A stretch of DNA of 64,000 nt from an uncultured Gammaproteobacteria bacterium (GTDB lineage Bacteria > Pseudomonadota > Gammaproteobacteria > JABCZS01). A model generated the notes under the pieces. That model saw nothing but the letters and a program-made list of their open reading frames with translations. It was not told the DNA's origin and searched no databases. Below, one piece after another: positions 1 through 10,449 of this stretch. The position numbers and the translations under genes are program-made. How positions within the stretch are numbered: the first letter of the stretch is position 1; every line of letters begins with the position of its first letter. The stretch covers positions 1,312,001 to 1,376,000 of the forward strand of contig CAWKDC010000001.1 in assembly GCA_963848305.1 (NCBI GenBank), read 5' to 3'.

Positions 1-638
1 TTTGCATTTTCCAAATTATTCAATGCTTGAATTTCAAGCGCAATGGTATTATCGTAGCGGGCACGAAAATCATTGAGATCCGTGATGGCTATCAACCCCA
101 CGTTGAATTTTTCTTGTACTTGATTCAATTCCGTTTCCAACGCCTTTTTTTCCGCTTGCGCAAAAGTGACATTATCGGTGGCATCTAACACAGCAAAATA
201 AGCTTCTGCCACGCGTAGGATGAGTGTTTGTTCAGCATAAGTGTAAGTAGCATCCGCTTTGTCGACGATGCGGTTGGCTTGACTCATGCCAAACCAGCTA
301 CCGACATCCAGCAAAGGTTGGGTGGCATTGATCACATAACCGTGGTCTCGCACGATTTGATCGGCATTGGGGAATGTCCCAAAATCTTGCGCCATCGTGA
401 CGGCGGGATTGTTACTGCTGGATTGCCCCACGATATTAATAGAGGGTAATAAATTTGCCAATGCCGCGGGTGCTGCTTCGCGATTCGCATTGCGTTGGGC
501 GAGCGAGCGTTTGAGCAATGCGTCTTGGTCGAGCGCTTGGATATAGGTGGCGAGCAAATCTTGTGTGTGCCCTATTTGTGTGAATGCCACGAGCAAGAGG
601 GCTGCACTGAGTCGGTGGCGTCTTGGATGCTTGTCCAT
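1..638 (-). CDS. tolC: TolC-family outer membrane channel (5' part; runs off window)
   Basis: Minus-strand ATG at 638 reads MDKHPRRHRLSAALLLVAFTQIGHTQDLLATYIQALDQD... (signal peptide then DLL..Y..AL). Continues ...ILRVAEAYFAVLDA...QEKFNVGLIAITDL...ARYD, which are TolC-family motifs. Confidence 0.85.
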   Translation of the reverse strand, partial: MDKHPRRHRLSAALLLVAFTQIGHTQDLLATYIQALDQDALLKRSLAQRNANREAAPAALANLLPSINIVGQSSSNNPAVTMAQDFGTFPNADQIVRDHGYVINATQPLLDVGSWFGMSQANRIVDKADATYTYAEQTLILRVAEAYFAVLDATDNVTFAQAEKKALETELNQVQEKFNVGLIAITDLNDFRARYDNTIALEIQALNNLENA

Positions 639-732
639 AAGGTTTCCCGGTGTTAAAAATGACAGGCCATTATACCATTTCTCTGGCTTTCGCTGTATTT
701 TTTCAGCCAGTCAGGGTATCATTGGGCGGCGT

Positions 733-809
733 GTGCCCGTAGCTCAGTTGGATAGAGTGTTGGTTTCCGAAACCAAAGGTCGGAGGTTCGACTCCTCTCG
801 GGCGCACCA
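733..809 (+). tRNA. tRNA-Arg(CCG)
   Basis: GTGCCCG/CGGGCGC acceptor stem, AGCTCAGTTGGATAGAG D-arm, TTGGT-TTCCGAA-ACCAA anticodon arm, GGTTCGACTCC T-arm, encoded CCA. Confidence 0.97.
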
Positions 810-859
810 TTCCCATATAGGCGGATTTGACGTATAATGCCGGGCAAACGGAGGCGAGC

Positions 860-1273
860 ATGTTTGTAGATTGGCTAAAAGTGGCTTTTATTGGCGGGTT
901 CTTATTTATCCTAACGGTCTGTGCATCGCATGCTGCAGCGCCCTTAACCCGGGAAGCATTGATAGAATTGAATACGGCGCCTGTCGGCGTTGTGGACGTT
1001 GGTGGTCCTGTTGCTGCGGTTGCGGCCGTGGCCCGTACTGGTCAACAAGTCTATGAAGCGGCTTGCTCAACTTGCCATGCGCAAGGTTTGGCAGGTGCGC
1101 CTTCCATTAAGGTCAAGGCTGCTTGGGTACCTCGTATCGCTGAAGGTGAAGATACCCTGGTCAAGCATGCCATTGGCGGCTATAAGTCTATGCCAGCCAA
1201 AGGCGGTTGTTCTAGCTGTAGCGACGATGAAGTCAAGAGCGCAGTGGAATATATTTTATCTCAAGTTAAGTAG
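860..1273 (+). CDS. cytochrome c5 family protein
   Basis: GGAGG RBS before ATG 860. N-terminal TM, CSTCH heme motif, GAP..W..R, MPAKGGCxxCSD c5 signature. Confidence 0.9.
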   Translation: MFVDWLKVAFIGGFLFILTVCASHAAAPLTREALIELNTAPVGVVDVGGPVAAVAAVARTGQQVYEAACSTCHAQGLAGAPSIKVKAAWVPRIAEGEDTLVKHAIGGYKSMPAKGGCSSCSDDEVKSAVEYILSQVK

Positions 1274-1329
1274 ATGTAACCGTTCGGGGGCGCATACTTG
1301 TGCCTGTCTGCGCAGCTACAAGTAGACTA

Positions 1330-3322
1330 TTATTCATTGCCCAATAAAGCACGCAATGCGAGCAGGTGATCTTGGGCGCCTTCAACATTACGGCTGTTGT
1401 TGCCTGCTTTACCAGGCCAGTCGAGCAAAGACGCATCCATTTCATCTAAAAAGCGGCTTGGTTCAATACATTGGTTTTCTCCCTGACGCCGACGTTCTTT
1501 GCAGAATGACAGCGTCAAACGGGATTTTGCGCGTGTGATACCCACATAAGCGAGACGTCGTTCTTCATCGAGCGAATCTTCTTCCAAAGCGGTGCGATGC
1601 GGTAATAGATTTTCTTCGACACCGACCAAATAGACACTTGGAAATTCAAGGCCTTTCGCGGCATGCAATGTCATGAGTTGTACGCGATCTTCTGCATTGT
1701 CTTTGTCTTGACGTTCCAGCAAATCATAGAGTGATAGTTTTGCGACCAGCTCGTCAAATGAAGGTGCGGGTTCATCTTCTAGCATGCGCCCAATCCAGTT
1801 CACCAATTCCCAGACGTTTTCCATGCGCTGTTCAGCAGCTTTGGGCGTATTCTGCGTATCGTATAAATAAGTTTCATAATCGATCGCTGCGATCATGTCT
1901 TTGATCACACCCAACGTGTCGCCACGTGTGGCGTTGTCTGCGGTATAGATAAGCCAATTTGAAAAACGTTGCACCGCTTCAATCGAGCGTGCGGGTAAAT
2001 GTTCGCTCAGTCCCATTTCATGGCTCACATGTAATAAACTTTTTTGGCGCATTTTGGCATATTGCGCCAATTTCTCAAGTGTTTGGGGACCGATTTCACG
2101 TTTAGGGGTATTGACGACACGCAAATAAGCGCAGTCATCGAGAGGATTGACCATGAGTTTTAAATAAGCCATGATGTCTTTGATTTCAGAGCGCGCAAAA
2201 AAAGATTGGCCACCTGATATTTTGTAAGGGATTTGATATTCACGGAGCATTTTTTCAAAAGGGCGTGATTGGTGATTCCCGCGATACAAAATAGCATAAC
2301 TGTCGTAGCGTTCGCCTTTTTGCAGTCGATGGCGGATCAAATCCATCACGACTTGTCGGGCTTCATCTTCTTCATCGCGCGTGGCGATCACGCGGATTTT
2401 GTCGCCTTGGCCAATGGCGCTCCATAATTTCTTTTCAAAGACATGCGGATTATTGGCGATGACTTGGTTGGCGGCCGTTAAAATGTTTTGTGTGGAACGA
2501 TAATTTTGTTCGAGCTTAATGATTTTCAAGTTGTGAAAATCTTCTGCTAATTTTTTTAAATTATCAGGGCGTGCGCCTCGCCAGGCATAAATCGATTGAT
2601 CATCATCGCCCACAACGGTTAAACGTCCTGAAGGGACCCACCAAGGCTTTTACAAGTTCGTATTGTGCGATGTTGGTGTCTTGATATTCATCAACCAATA
2701 AATAGCGAATACGGTTTTGCCAGGATGCCCGGACATCTGCATCTTGGCGCAGCAGCTCGACAGGGAGTTTAATCAGATCGTCGAAATCGACCCCGTTATA
2801 AGCCCTTAAATGGCGTTCATACGCCGCGTACAAGATGGCTGCGGAGGTTTCCGTCCCGTTTTGAGCGACATCAAGCGCGCCTGTAGGTGTGACGAGCCCA
2901 TTCTTCCACTGGCTGATCAGGTGATGTATATAACCCAAATCATCGATGCTGGTGCCGCGCACCGCCAATTCTTTCAGTAAGTTGAGTGCATCTTCTTGAT
3001 CAAAAATGCTGAAGCGAGGATTAAGGTGGAACAGTGCGGCATGTTCTCGGACAAAAGTGAGTCCCAGATGATGGAATGTAGAGACTTGTAAGCCACGGGG
3101 AGAGCCCTGCAGGACTTTGCCCAGCCGGGATTTCATTTCTTGGGCAGCTTTGTGTGTGAAGGTTACGGCGTATATCTGATTGGGTTTGAATCCCTTGTCG
3201 AGGAGATGGGCGATTTTATGGGTGATGACACGGGTCTTACCGCTTCCTGCGCCGGCCAGAACCAGCAGGGGCGCATCGATGCACACGATGGCTTCTTGTT
3301 GTTGGGGGTTGAGTTTCGACAT
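1330..3322 (-). CDS. rep: ATP-dependent DNA helicase Rep (apparent frameshift near 2630, probably sequencing error)
   Basis: LNPQQ, LAGAGSGKT and DEYQDTN in the 5' ORF; VGDDDQSIYAWRGA, LEQNYRS, TLHAAKGLEF and EERRLAYVGITRA in the 3' ORF. Removing one base joins them. Confidence 0.9.
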
Positions 3323-3377
3323 GGGGGCATTATATAGATTGAACTTCCCATTGTCCATGTGTATAATGCCCCCCATG
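3320..3377. promoter_or_regulatory. back-to-back sigma70 promoters of rep and ABC-F, predicted leaderless
   Basis: Plus strand: TTGAAC-17-TATAAT-GCCCCCC-ATG(3375). Minus strand: TGGACA-17-TATAAT-GCCCCC-ATG(3322). No SD on either side. Confidence 0.7.
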
Positions 3378-5270
3378 ATGTTATCCACTCAAAATCTTGG
3401 TTTGCGCTACGGTGCACAAAGCCTTTTCACTGATGCGACGTTGCTTTGCCACGCTGAAGAGCGTTATGGTATCACGGGCAAAAATGGCGCTGGTAAGTCC
3501 AGTGCCCTGCGCGTCATAGCCGGGGTTGAAACCCCGAGCGAAGGTGAAGTATTTCTCCCTCAAAATGCCCAGGTGGGCATGCTGAAGCAAGATCATTTCC
3601 AGTATGAAAACTGGCGTCTATTAGATGTCGTTATTGCGGGTAAAGCCGATTTATGGGAAGCATTTAAAGAAAAAGATGCCTTGCTCGCTCATGCTGATTT
3701 CACGGAAGCCGATGGGGTTCGTTTGGGCGAATTGGAAGAAGTGATCGGCATGAATCGCGGCTATGAAGCTGAAAGCTTTGCGCACAAATTATTATCCGGC
3801 TTGGGCTTGGCTGCTGAAAAACATGAAGGCCAAATGAGCGCATTATCCGGTGGTTTTAAATTGCGCGTGCTGCTCGCACAAGTCCTATTCCAAGAACCTG
3901 AGGTATTGTTGCTCGATGAGCCGACCAACCATTTGGACATCACCTCAATTCATTGGTTGGAAGAATATTTGAAAAATGAATTCAAAGGCATTTTATTATT
4001 TGTCTCGCATGACAAACATTTTTTGAATTCCGTGTCAACGCATATTCTCGACATTGATTATGGCACCATCACAGATTATTATGGCAACTACGATCAATTC
4101 ATGTTTTCAAAAATGCAAACGGGTTTGCAACAAGAGCATGAGCGTAAACATCAGGATGCAAAGGTTGCCCAATTGCAATCATTTGTGGATCGCTTTGGTT
4201 CTAAAGCAAGTAAGGCGAAACAAGCAAAGTCGAAGCAACGTCAAATTGAAAAAATCGAATTGACGGAAGTCAAAGTGTCGAATAGAACGGCGCCTTATTT
4301 TCATTTCAATCCACAACGTCCTTCTGGGAAAGTCGTGCTTGAGGTGGACAATGTGTTCAAGAGTTACGGCGAACATGCCGTGCTGCGTAAAGTCACCTTC
4401 CAATTGTTGCGCGGGGAAAAAGTCGCGATCATTGGTGCAAACGGTTTGGGTAAATCGACTTTGCTGAAAATCATCATGGGGTTGTTGCCGGCGGATTCAG
4501 GTGAATATCGCTGGGGTTATGAAACACATGTCGGCTATTTTGCGCAAGATCACCATGAACAACTGAACGAAGATACCACCTTGTTAGCATGGTTAACAGA
4601 ACGTTCGCCGCCGTTATTGCGTCCCCGTGTACGCAATTATTTGGGTCAAATGTTATTCAGCGGTGATGATGTCCACAAAAAGATTTCTCAATTGTCCGGT
4701 GGTGAAGCAGCCCGTTTATTGGCTGCGTACTGGATGATGCAAGAACCCAATGTCCTCATCATGGACGAACCCACCAACCATCTGGATTTGGAATCCGTGG
4801 AAGCCTTGGGCGAGAGTTTGGTAAAATTTGATGGTACCGTATTATTTGTGAGCCATGATCGCGATTTTGTGCGTCAAGTTGCCTCGCGCATCATTATTCT
4901 CACACCGAATGGGTTGCAAGATATCACCGCAGGTTACGATGAATACTTAGATGCGAGCGGTCAAGATTATTTAACACGCGATGTGAAAGCAGTCTCTGTT
5001 GGTAACGAACGTAAATCAAATTCTAAAAAATCTCAAAAATCTGGTTCTGGATCAGGCAAAGCTGCCGATAAAATTGAAAAGCAAATGGCTGAGATTGAGC
5101 AAAATATAGCACTTCTTGATGCACAAATGGCTGCACCGAACTTCTACGCTGATGCAACACCCCAAGAGGTGCGCGCATTGCAGGAAGAACGTGAGCGTTT
5201 GACCAAGTCACTCGATGAATGTTTGTCGCAGTGGGAACAATCGTTAAATCCTAAGGAGGACTCGAAATGA
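3375..5270 (+). CDS. ABC-F family ATP-binding protein (YbiT/YheS/Uup-like)
   Basis: Two ABC cassettes (GKNGAGKS, LSGG, LLLDEPTNHLD; GANGLGKS, LSGGE, DEPTNHLD), no TM, C-terminal coiled coil. Confidence 0.92.
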   Translation: MMLSTQNLGLRYGAQSLFTDATLLCHAEERYGITGKNGAGKSSALRVIAGVETPSEGEVFLPQNAQVGMLKQDHFQYENWRLLDVVIAGKADLWEAFKEKDALLAHADFTEADGVRLGELEEVIGMNRGYEAESFAHKLLSGLGLAAEKHEGQMSALSGGFKLRVLLAQVLFQEPEVLLLDEPTNHLDITSIHWLEEYLKNEFKGILLFVSHDKHFLNSVSTHILDIDYGTITDYYGNYDQFMFSKMQTGLQQEHERKHQDAKVAQLQSFVDRFGSKASKAKQAKSKQRQIEKIELTEVKVSNRTAPYFHFNPQRPSGKVVLEVDNVFKSYGEHAVLRKVTFQLLRGEKVAIIGANGLGKSTLLKIIMGLLPADSGEYRWGYETHVGYFAQDHHEQLNEDTTLLAWLTERSPPLLRPRVRNYLGQMLFSGDDVHKKISQLSGGEAARLLAAYWMMQEPNVLIMDEPTNHLDLESVEALGESLVKFDGTVLFVSHDRDFVRQVASRIIILTPNGLQDITAGYDEYLDASGQDYLTRDVKAVSVGNERKSNSKKSQKSGSGSGKAADKIEKQMAEIEQNIALLDAQMAAPNFYADATPQEVRALQEERERLTKSLDECLSQWEQSLNPKEDSK

Positions 5271-5581
5271 CAACAATGATCGACAATGATGATGACATCG
5301 AACTGGACATGGAAGCAGCGGGCCCTTTGCTCGACGCTTTTGCGGAAATTGGTGACAATATCACCAAAGTGATCCAAGATGAAATTGCAAAAAATCCTTT
5401 GATTGCAAAAGATCAACGTACCGTTGCTTTTGCTTCTGTCTGCCAAATGTTAAGCATGAATGCCATGCTCGAATTGGCCGAAGAAGTTGAATGTGATCCT
5501 TTAGAAATCGTGGACACTTGGGCGAATGCATTCTACGAAGCTTTCGACGTCGAAGAAGATGACGAGGAAGAAGAAGCGTAG
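5267..5581 (+). CDS. hypothetical acidic protein
   Basis: AGGAGG RBS, ATGA overlap with the ABC-F stop, 104-aa ORF with poly-E/D tail. Confidence 0.7.
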   Translation: MTTMIDNDDDIELDMEAAGPLLDAFAEIGDNITKVIQDEIAKNPLIAKDQRTVAFASVCQMLSMNAMLELAEEVECDPLEIVDTWANAFYEAFDVEEDDEEEEA

Positions 5582-5585
5582 AGGT

Positions 5586-6140
5586 ATGGCAAAAAATGAC
5601 AGGGATGACGATTCAGCCGTATTTCGGCAAGCCATGGCAGGCGTGAAACCATTGGGTAAGGGCTCCAAAGCGCCCGGTGATAATACCCCACGCGCGCGCA
5701 AAAAGAGCCCGCCACCTCCGCCCAAAAGTGTCGTGTTGAATGCAAGTGCACTCAAACGATTCGATGATCGCCGCAATGCGCCTTCTGTTGATGGCAGTAC
5801 GGCCATTGAATATTTTCACCACAGCCTTCCCTACCGTGATCGAACTCGCTTGAAAAAAGGGCAACTGGACATTGATGCCAGTATTGATTTGCACGGTATG
5901 ACATTGGAAACAGCGCGCGATGCTTTTTCCCTGTTTTTGCATGAGGCTCAACAGCAGCGGTATCGTTGTATTAAAATCATTCACGGCAAAGGCAGCACGG
6001 AAGCTCCCCCTGTCTTAAAAAATGCCGTGTATCAATGGCTCCCCCAATCCCCAGCGGTATTAGGCTATTGTTCTGCGCGTTCAAAAGATGGGGGAACAGG
6101 GGCAGTGTATGTGTTGTTGAGAACCCCAACTCCGGGGTAA
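5586..6140 (+). CDS. Smr/MutS2-domain endonuclease (SmrB-like)
   Basis: F+QAMAGVKPL N-terminus, IDLHGMT, IIHGKG, GGTGAVYVLL. Confidence 0.9.
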   Translation: MAKNDRDDDSAVFRQAMAGVKPLGKGSKAPGDNTPRARKKSPPPPPKSVVLNASALKRFDDRRNAPSVDGSTAIEYFHHSLPYRDRTRLKKGQLDIDASIDLHGMTLETARDAFSLFLHEAQQQRYRCIKIIHGKGSTEAPPVLKNAVYQWLPQSPAVLGYCSARSKDGGTGAVYVLLRTPTPG

Positions 6141-6405
6141 CGCTGGGGCAATCCGTATTAAACCGAATGGCAATAGGCCATGTTGTAGATATAATGGCAT
6201 ATGCGTGCCGAAGTTAAATGATTGAGTGCGTTTTTGATTGGGATGCTTTGAATATCTTGATTGACATTTTTATAGACGAATTTTTTCTAGGGCTCACTGC
6301 GCGCATCATGCTCCCAGTCCATTGATTGTCATTTTCGCTAGACATTTATAAATCAATAAACTAGACTATTCTATATCATTATTCTAGATATATAGAGGAG
6401 TTTCA

Positions 6406-7935
6406 ATGGCTATTCCTACCCATAAACAGCTCGCAAATGCATTGACACATGCCCATGAAGTGGCCAGACAGCATATCATTCAGTCTGCACATTTAACCGA
6501 GCAAGAGCGAAAAACTCTAATAACGCACGGATTTTTAAAGAAAATAATAAGAGGTTGGTATTTGTTGGATGCAGATCATGTGGCTCAAAGTACGGGCGAA
6601 TCCGTTTTATGGCAAGAATCTTATCGTGCCTTTTTGGGGCAGTACCTGGCAAGCTGTTTTGATGCAGATTATCACCTTTCTCCCGAAGATTCGCTAGACA
6701 TTCATACAGGCGTTCCGACTCAACCTACAAACCTATTGGTCTATGTGAAGGAGGATACTCGCCGTCATCAACCCTTCCCTGGCGGACTTGTACTGCAGAC
6801 GCTCCAAAGAACCGCGAAATATGCGTCTTGTCAACCTATCGAGATGAAAGGATTGTGGGTATTGCCGTTGCCAGATGCGTTGATGTTGGTAGGCCCACAG
6901 TGGTTTCGCAAAAATCCACTTGAAGCAGAGTTGGCTTTGTCGATGGTAGACGTGCAAGCACTCGCACGTTCCGCGTTAAGGATTGCGAATATGGAAGCGG
7001 CCAAAAGAATCATTGGTGCCTATCAATTCATGGGCGCGCTTGATCGTGCAGATTATCTAAAAAATATTCTGGAACAAGCCGGTTTTGAGCAGATCAGATC
7101 TGACATTAAGAATCCTTTTCAAGACGCAACACGATATTTTAATCACAATCATTTGCCCAAATCACCGTATGCTGGGCGAATTCATGCGCTTTGGCAAAGC
7201 ATGCGTGCGCAAATCATCGATATCTTTCCGGCGGTGCAACCTAGAAAATCCATTGATGACATTTTATTAAAAATGGATGATTTATACGTGCATGATGCAT
7301 ATCATTCCTTGTCTATTGAAGGATACCGTGTGACACCGGAACTGATCGCTAAAATAGGTGCGGGAGAATGGCTCCCGCTTGATCGGCAGGATAAGGAGCA
7401 GATCGATGCGCTGGCGGCGAAAGGTTATTCACAGGCTTTTAAAGAAGTCAAAAATACGGTGATTCATTTATATGAAAACAATCACAATACACTATTGCCG
7501 ATGATGATGTCACGCTGGTATTCAGCATTATTTGGACCTTGTGTGCAAGCGGGTATTGTTCGCGCAGAAGACATTGCTGGTTATCGAAATCGCCCTGTTT
7601 ACATTCGTGGTTCCAAACATGTCCCATTACCTTATGATGCAATGCGTGATGCGATGGAGGCTTTGTTTACTGAATTGGCACAAGAATCGTCTCCTGCTGT
7701 TTGTGCGGTCATGGGGCATTTTTTGCTCGGGTATATTCATCCCTATCCTGATGGTAATGGCCGTATGGCACGTTTTTTAATGAATACATTATTTTCTGTT
7801 TCAGGTTATCCGTGGACTATTGTGCGTGTCGAGGAGCGTCAAGCGTATATGGAATGTCTAGAAAAAGCGTCTTGCGGAGGCGATATCCGGCCATTTGCAC
7901 GATTTATTTTGCAGGCCATGAAACACCCTTTTTAA
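6406..7935 (+). CDS. Fic-domain protein (509 aa)
   Basis: Canonical-like Fic motif HPYPDGNGRMAR, YHSLSIEG, GAGGAG RBS. Confidence 0.92.
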   Translation: MAIPTHKQLANALTHAHEVARQHIIQSAHLTEQERKTLITHGFLKKIIRGWYLLDADHVAQSTGESVLWQESYRAFLGQYLASCFDADYHLSPEDSLDIHTGVPTQPTNLLVYVKEDTRRHQPFPGGLVLQTLQRTAKYASCQPIEMKGLWVLPLPDALMLVGPQWFRKNPLEAELALSMVDVQALARSALRIANMEAAKRIIGAYQFMGALDRADYLKNILEQAGFEQIRSDIKNPFQDATRYFNHNHLPKSPYAGRIHALWQSMRAQIIDIFPAVQPRKSIDDILLKMDDLYVHDAYHSLSIEGYRVTPELIAKIGAGEWLPLDRQDKEQIDALAAKGYSQAFKEVKNTVIHLYENNHNTLLPMMMSRWYSALFGPCVQAGIVRAEDIAGYRNRPVYIRGSKHVPLPYDAMRDAMEALFTELAQESSPAVCAVMGHFLLGYIHPYPDGNGRMARFLMNTLFSVSGYPWTIVRVEERQAYMECLEKASCGGDIRPFARFILQAMKHPF

Positions 7936-8192
7936 CCTTTGGAGCGCTCGCGCCGCGCCTCTTTGGGATCTTTGGGGAGAGGGCGATAAATCTCGACACG
8001 ATCGCCGTCTTTCAAGACGGTATCAAGCGACACTTTTTTGCTAAAAATACCGACATGGTTTAAAGATAACGTGGGAAATTGATGGAGTAATCCACTGGCG
8101 GCAATGGCATCCATCACAGTCGCATCAGGCGATAATACAACATCGACCTGCGTTTGCTGTTCAGGCGTGGCGTAGACAACAGCAATCTTCAT
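7932..8192 (-). CDS. ratB: RnfH/RatB ubiquitin-like protein
   Basis: VVYA.P, GIFSK, GDRVEIYRPL..DPKEARR; directly downstream of ratA. Confidence 0.9.
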   Translation of the reverse strand: MKIAVVYATPEQQTQVDVVLSPDATVMDAIAASGLLHQFPTLSLNHVGIFSKKVSLDTVLKDGDRVEIYRPLPKDPKEARRERSKG

Positions 8193-8633
8193 TGGCGTTG
8201 GGATCCATACAATTCTCGGGCGCGGTTCACAAAAGCATTCACAATGATGTCAATCGCGGGGTTCATGATCCGCTCGAGGGTTAACGACAATAAAAAGTTT
8301 TTAAATTCATATTGAATTTGTAGGACAATTTCACACCCGCCCGAGGGTAATGGATTGAATGACCAGCGGCCTAATAATGTTTTGAATGGCAGATTCTAAT
8401 AATTTCACGTTGATTTGTTTGGGGGCAATCATTTGGTTGCGCGTGACGAGGGTGTAATGCAAGCCGCGGTAACCGACTTGTAATGTGCCATCCACCAGAT
8501 TGTTGCCCAAATCTTTCATGTGGGAAGCCTGGCAATAGGGTAGAAACTCATGATAACTTGGAATATCCGCCACCAATTGATACATGGCTTCAGGGCTATA
8601 ATGCAAGGTAACGGTTTTAGCGAGTTTTTTCAT
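8189..8633 (-). CDS. ratA: RatA/PasT (START-like) protein (apparent frameshift near 8390)
   Basis: YSPEAMYQLVADI.SY.EFLPYC at the N-terminus. The shifted frame continues PFKTLLGRWSF...IVNAFVNRARELYG. Divergent from smpB, the usual arrangement. Confidence 0.88.
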
Positions 8634-8701
8634 GGTGAGTTCTCCGTGACTGGTTCTATCATAGCATAGCCAAATGTCCCCGAAACGCTTATAATTGTCG
8701 C

Positions 8702-9181
8702 ATGAAAACCAAAGGCACCAAAACCATCGCGCTCAATAAACGCGCTTCCCATGAATACCTCCTCGAAGAACGTTTCGAGGCGGGGCTGGTGCTCGAAGGC
8801 TGGGAAGTGAAGGCCATGCGCGAAGGCCATGCCCAAATCACCGATACATTCGTCGCTTTCAAAGGCGGCGAGCCCTATATCGTGAACATGCACGTCCCAG
8901 TCTCTCAGCATGTGGCTGCCCATGTATCTGCCCATTTGAAGCCTGAGCCTGACCGGTCTCGTAAGCTGCTGCTACACGCCAAAGAAATCAACAAGTTGGC
9001 CCGCGCCAAAGAGCGAGAAGGTTATAGTATTATCGGTACTGCCTTGTATTTTAAGGATAATCGGGTCAAGCTTGAAATCGCTCTGGGCAAGGGGAAGAAG
9101 CTGCATGATAAGCGCCAAAGCGATAAGGATCGTGATTGGAAACGCCAGCAGGGGCGGATTGTGAAGTCGACTGGGCGATGA
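8702..9181 (+). CDS. smpB: SsrA-binding protein SmpB
   Basis: NKRA.HEY, EAGLVL.GWEVK, RKLLLH, GKGKKLHDKR. Confidence 0.97.
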   Translation: MKTKGTKTIALNKRASHEYLLEERFEAGLVLEGWEVKAMREGHAQITDTFVAFKGGEPYIVNMHVPVSQHVAAHVSAHLKPEPDRSRKLLLHAKEINKLARAKEREGYSIIGTALYFKDNRVKLEIALGKGKKLHDKRQSDKDRDWKRQQGRIVKSTGR

Positions 9182-9355
9182 TCATGCTGATGTTCACTTT
9201 TTGCAACAAGCAACGCAGTGAATGCATCGCCCGTTAGGCTGAATGTAGAAGTCATTACGGCGATAACAGCATGATATAGGGTGGTTGAATAACATACTTG
9301 ACAGCCACGTATGATAAGATGGTATGATGACCCTATACCTGAGGAGGCTGAAGCA

Positions 9356-9609
9356 ATGTCAAATGAGTTTCTAATGACAAGAAATGCCTATATCGCTCAA
9401 ACCGTAGCAGGGTTGGGTCTTCTTGCGTTTGGGGCGGTTCAGCTGGGACTAGACATGCGCAGCCACCCACGTGTAAATCCCCAGGCACCGTGGCACTTTT
9501 CACCCTTTTATACGGCGGTGCAGGACTGTTGGCCGCATCTGCCCTCATTCCTAATTCATGGATGAAAAAAGCATACAACGGTGCGAAAAAATTGTTTAAA
9601 ACATCTTAA
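9356..9609 (+). CDS. small two-TM hypothetical protein (probable frameshift near 9460-9485)
   Basis: GAGGAGG RBS. First TM is IAQTVAGLGLLAFGAV. The shifted frame gives a second TM, TVALFTLLYGGAGLLAASALI, then a basic tail ending KKLFKTS*. Confidence 0.5.
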
Positions 9610-9809
9610 AGGAATTAATGTATCAGCAATTGAAAGCTTTGAAGACTGATTCCGAGAGCGCAAAACCAAGGAGCCTGTAAACATCCCTACGCTCGATATC
9701 ATCAGTTGAGTGATATTGCGTGGGCTTTTCAAACTTTTGTAGCCTTCCTAATACCCGAGAACGTGGGCGTTCAGGGGGCAGGGTAAACGCTTAAGGCGCG
9801 AAAATTTTC

Positions 9810-10449
9810 TTATTCCATATTCTTAAAATAATAGTACAACCGTGTTCTCACCTTCGCATGAACATGTTTTCCGCTGACTGCCAGTTGATCCAATGCAATC
9901 TTCGGGTTATGCAACATAATATCGATTAATTTTAAAATATTACGATCACGTGTTTTGCCATTCTCCACTTTTTCAATCGTGATTTCTGAAAAACCAAAGG
10001 CCATGGCAAAATCCCACCGCGTGAGCTGCAGATCACGACGAAATTGTCTGAGTTGTTCTGCCGTATTATCTAATGGAATATAAATCGGCTCACAAATAAA
10101 CGATGAAGGGCAGGCTTTCTCCCAATCGTCGCTAATAATATCATGATATTGTTTTCATCTGGTGAAATGCCTTGAGAATAACAATAATCAGGATAAGCAG
10201 GATTTTCTTTAGAAGGGATGCGATCCAACAAAGTTTCAAACATTCTGCCGGGTTTGCTTTCGACCGCCCCCGCTTGTAAGGCAAATCAGGCCCCATGGGA
10301 ATGCCCGATCGCAATTTCATATAAGTGTCTTCATACTGAAATGCATAATTATCTTTATCAGATTGATACGATAATATACCGACCAAGTAGCGTCGTCGCC
10401 CCGTTTCAGCATAAAACTCAACGCGTGTCGGGTCAACTTTGTAGCGCAT
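9810..10449 (-). CDS. HipA N-terminal (HipS-like) domain fused to XRE HTH, putative antitoxin (two apparent frameshifts near 10265 and 10110)
   Basis: VGILSY..D...AFQYE..Y....IPMGPDLP and LLDRIP..ENPAY are HipA-N-like. LRQFRRDLQLTRWDFAMAFGFSEITIEKVENGK is an XRE HTH. Confidence 0.75.

Noticed and set aside
547-837. 96-aa ORF
   Set aside because: Overlaps the tolC start and tRNA-Arg; no protein-like features.
3180-3374. N-terminal extensions of ABC-F (from 3180) and Rep (from 3388)
   Set aside because: Family similarity starts at 3375 and 3322 respectively, and promoter elements occupy the gap.
9182-9800. tmRNA (ssrA) downstream of smpB
   Set aside because: No GGGG-start tRNA-like 5' end, no T-arm/CCA end and no tag reading frame.
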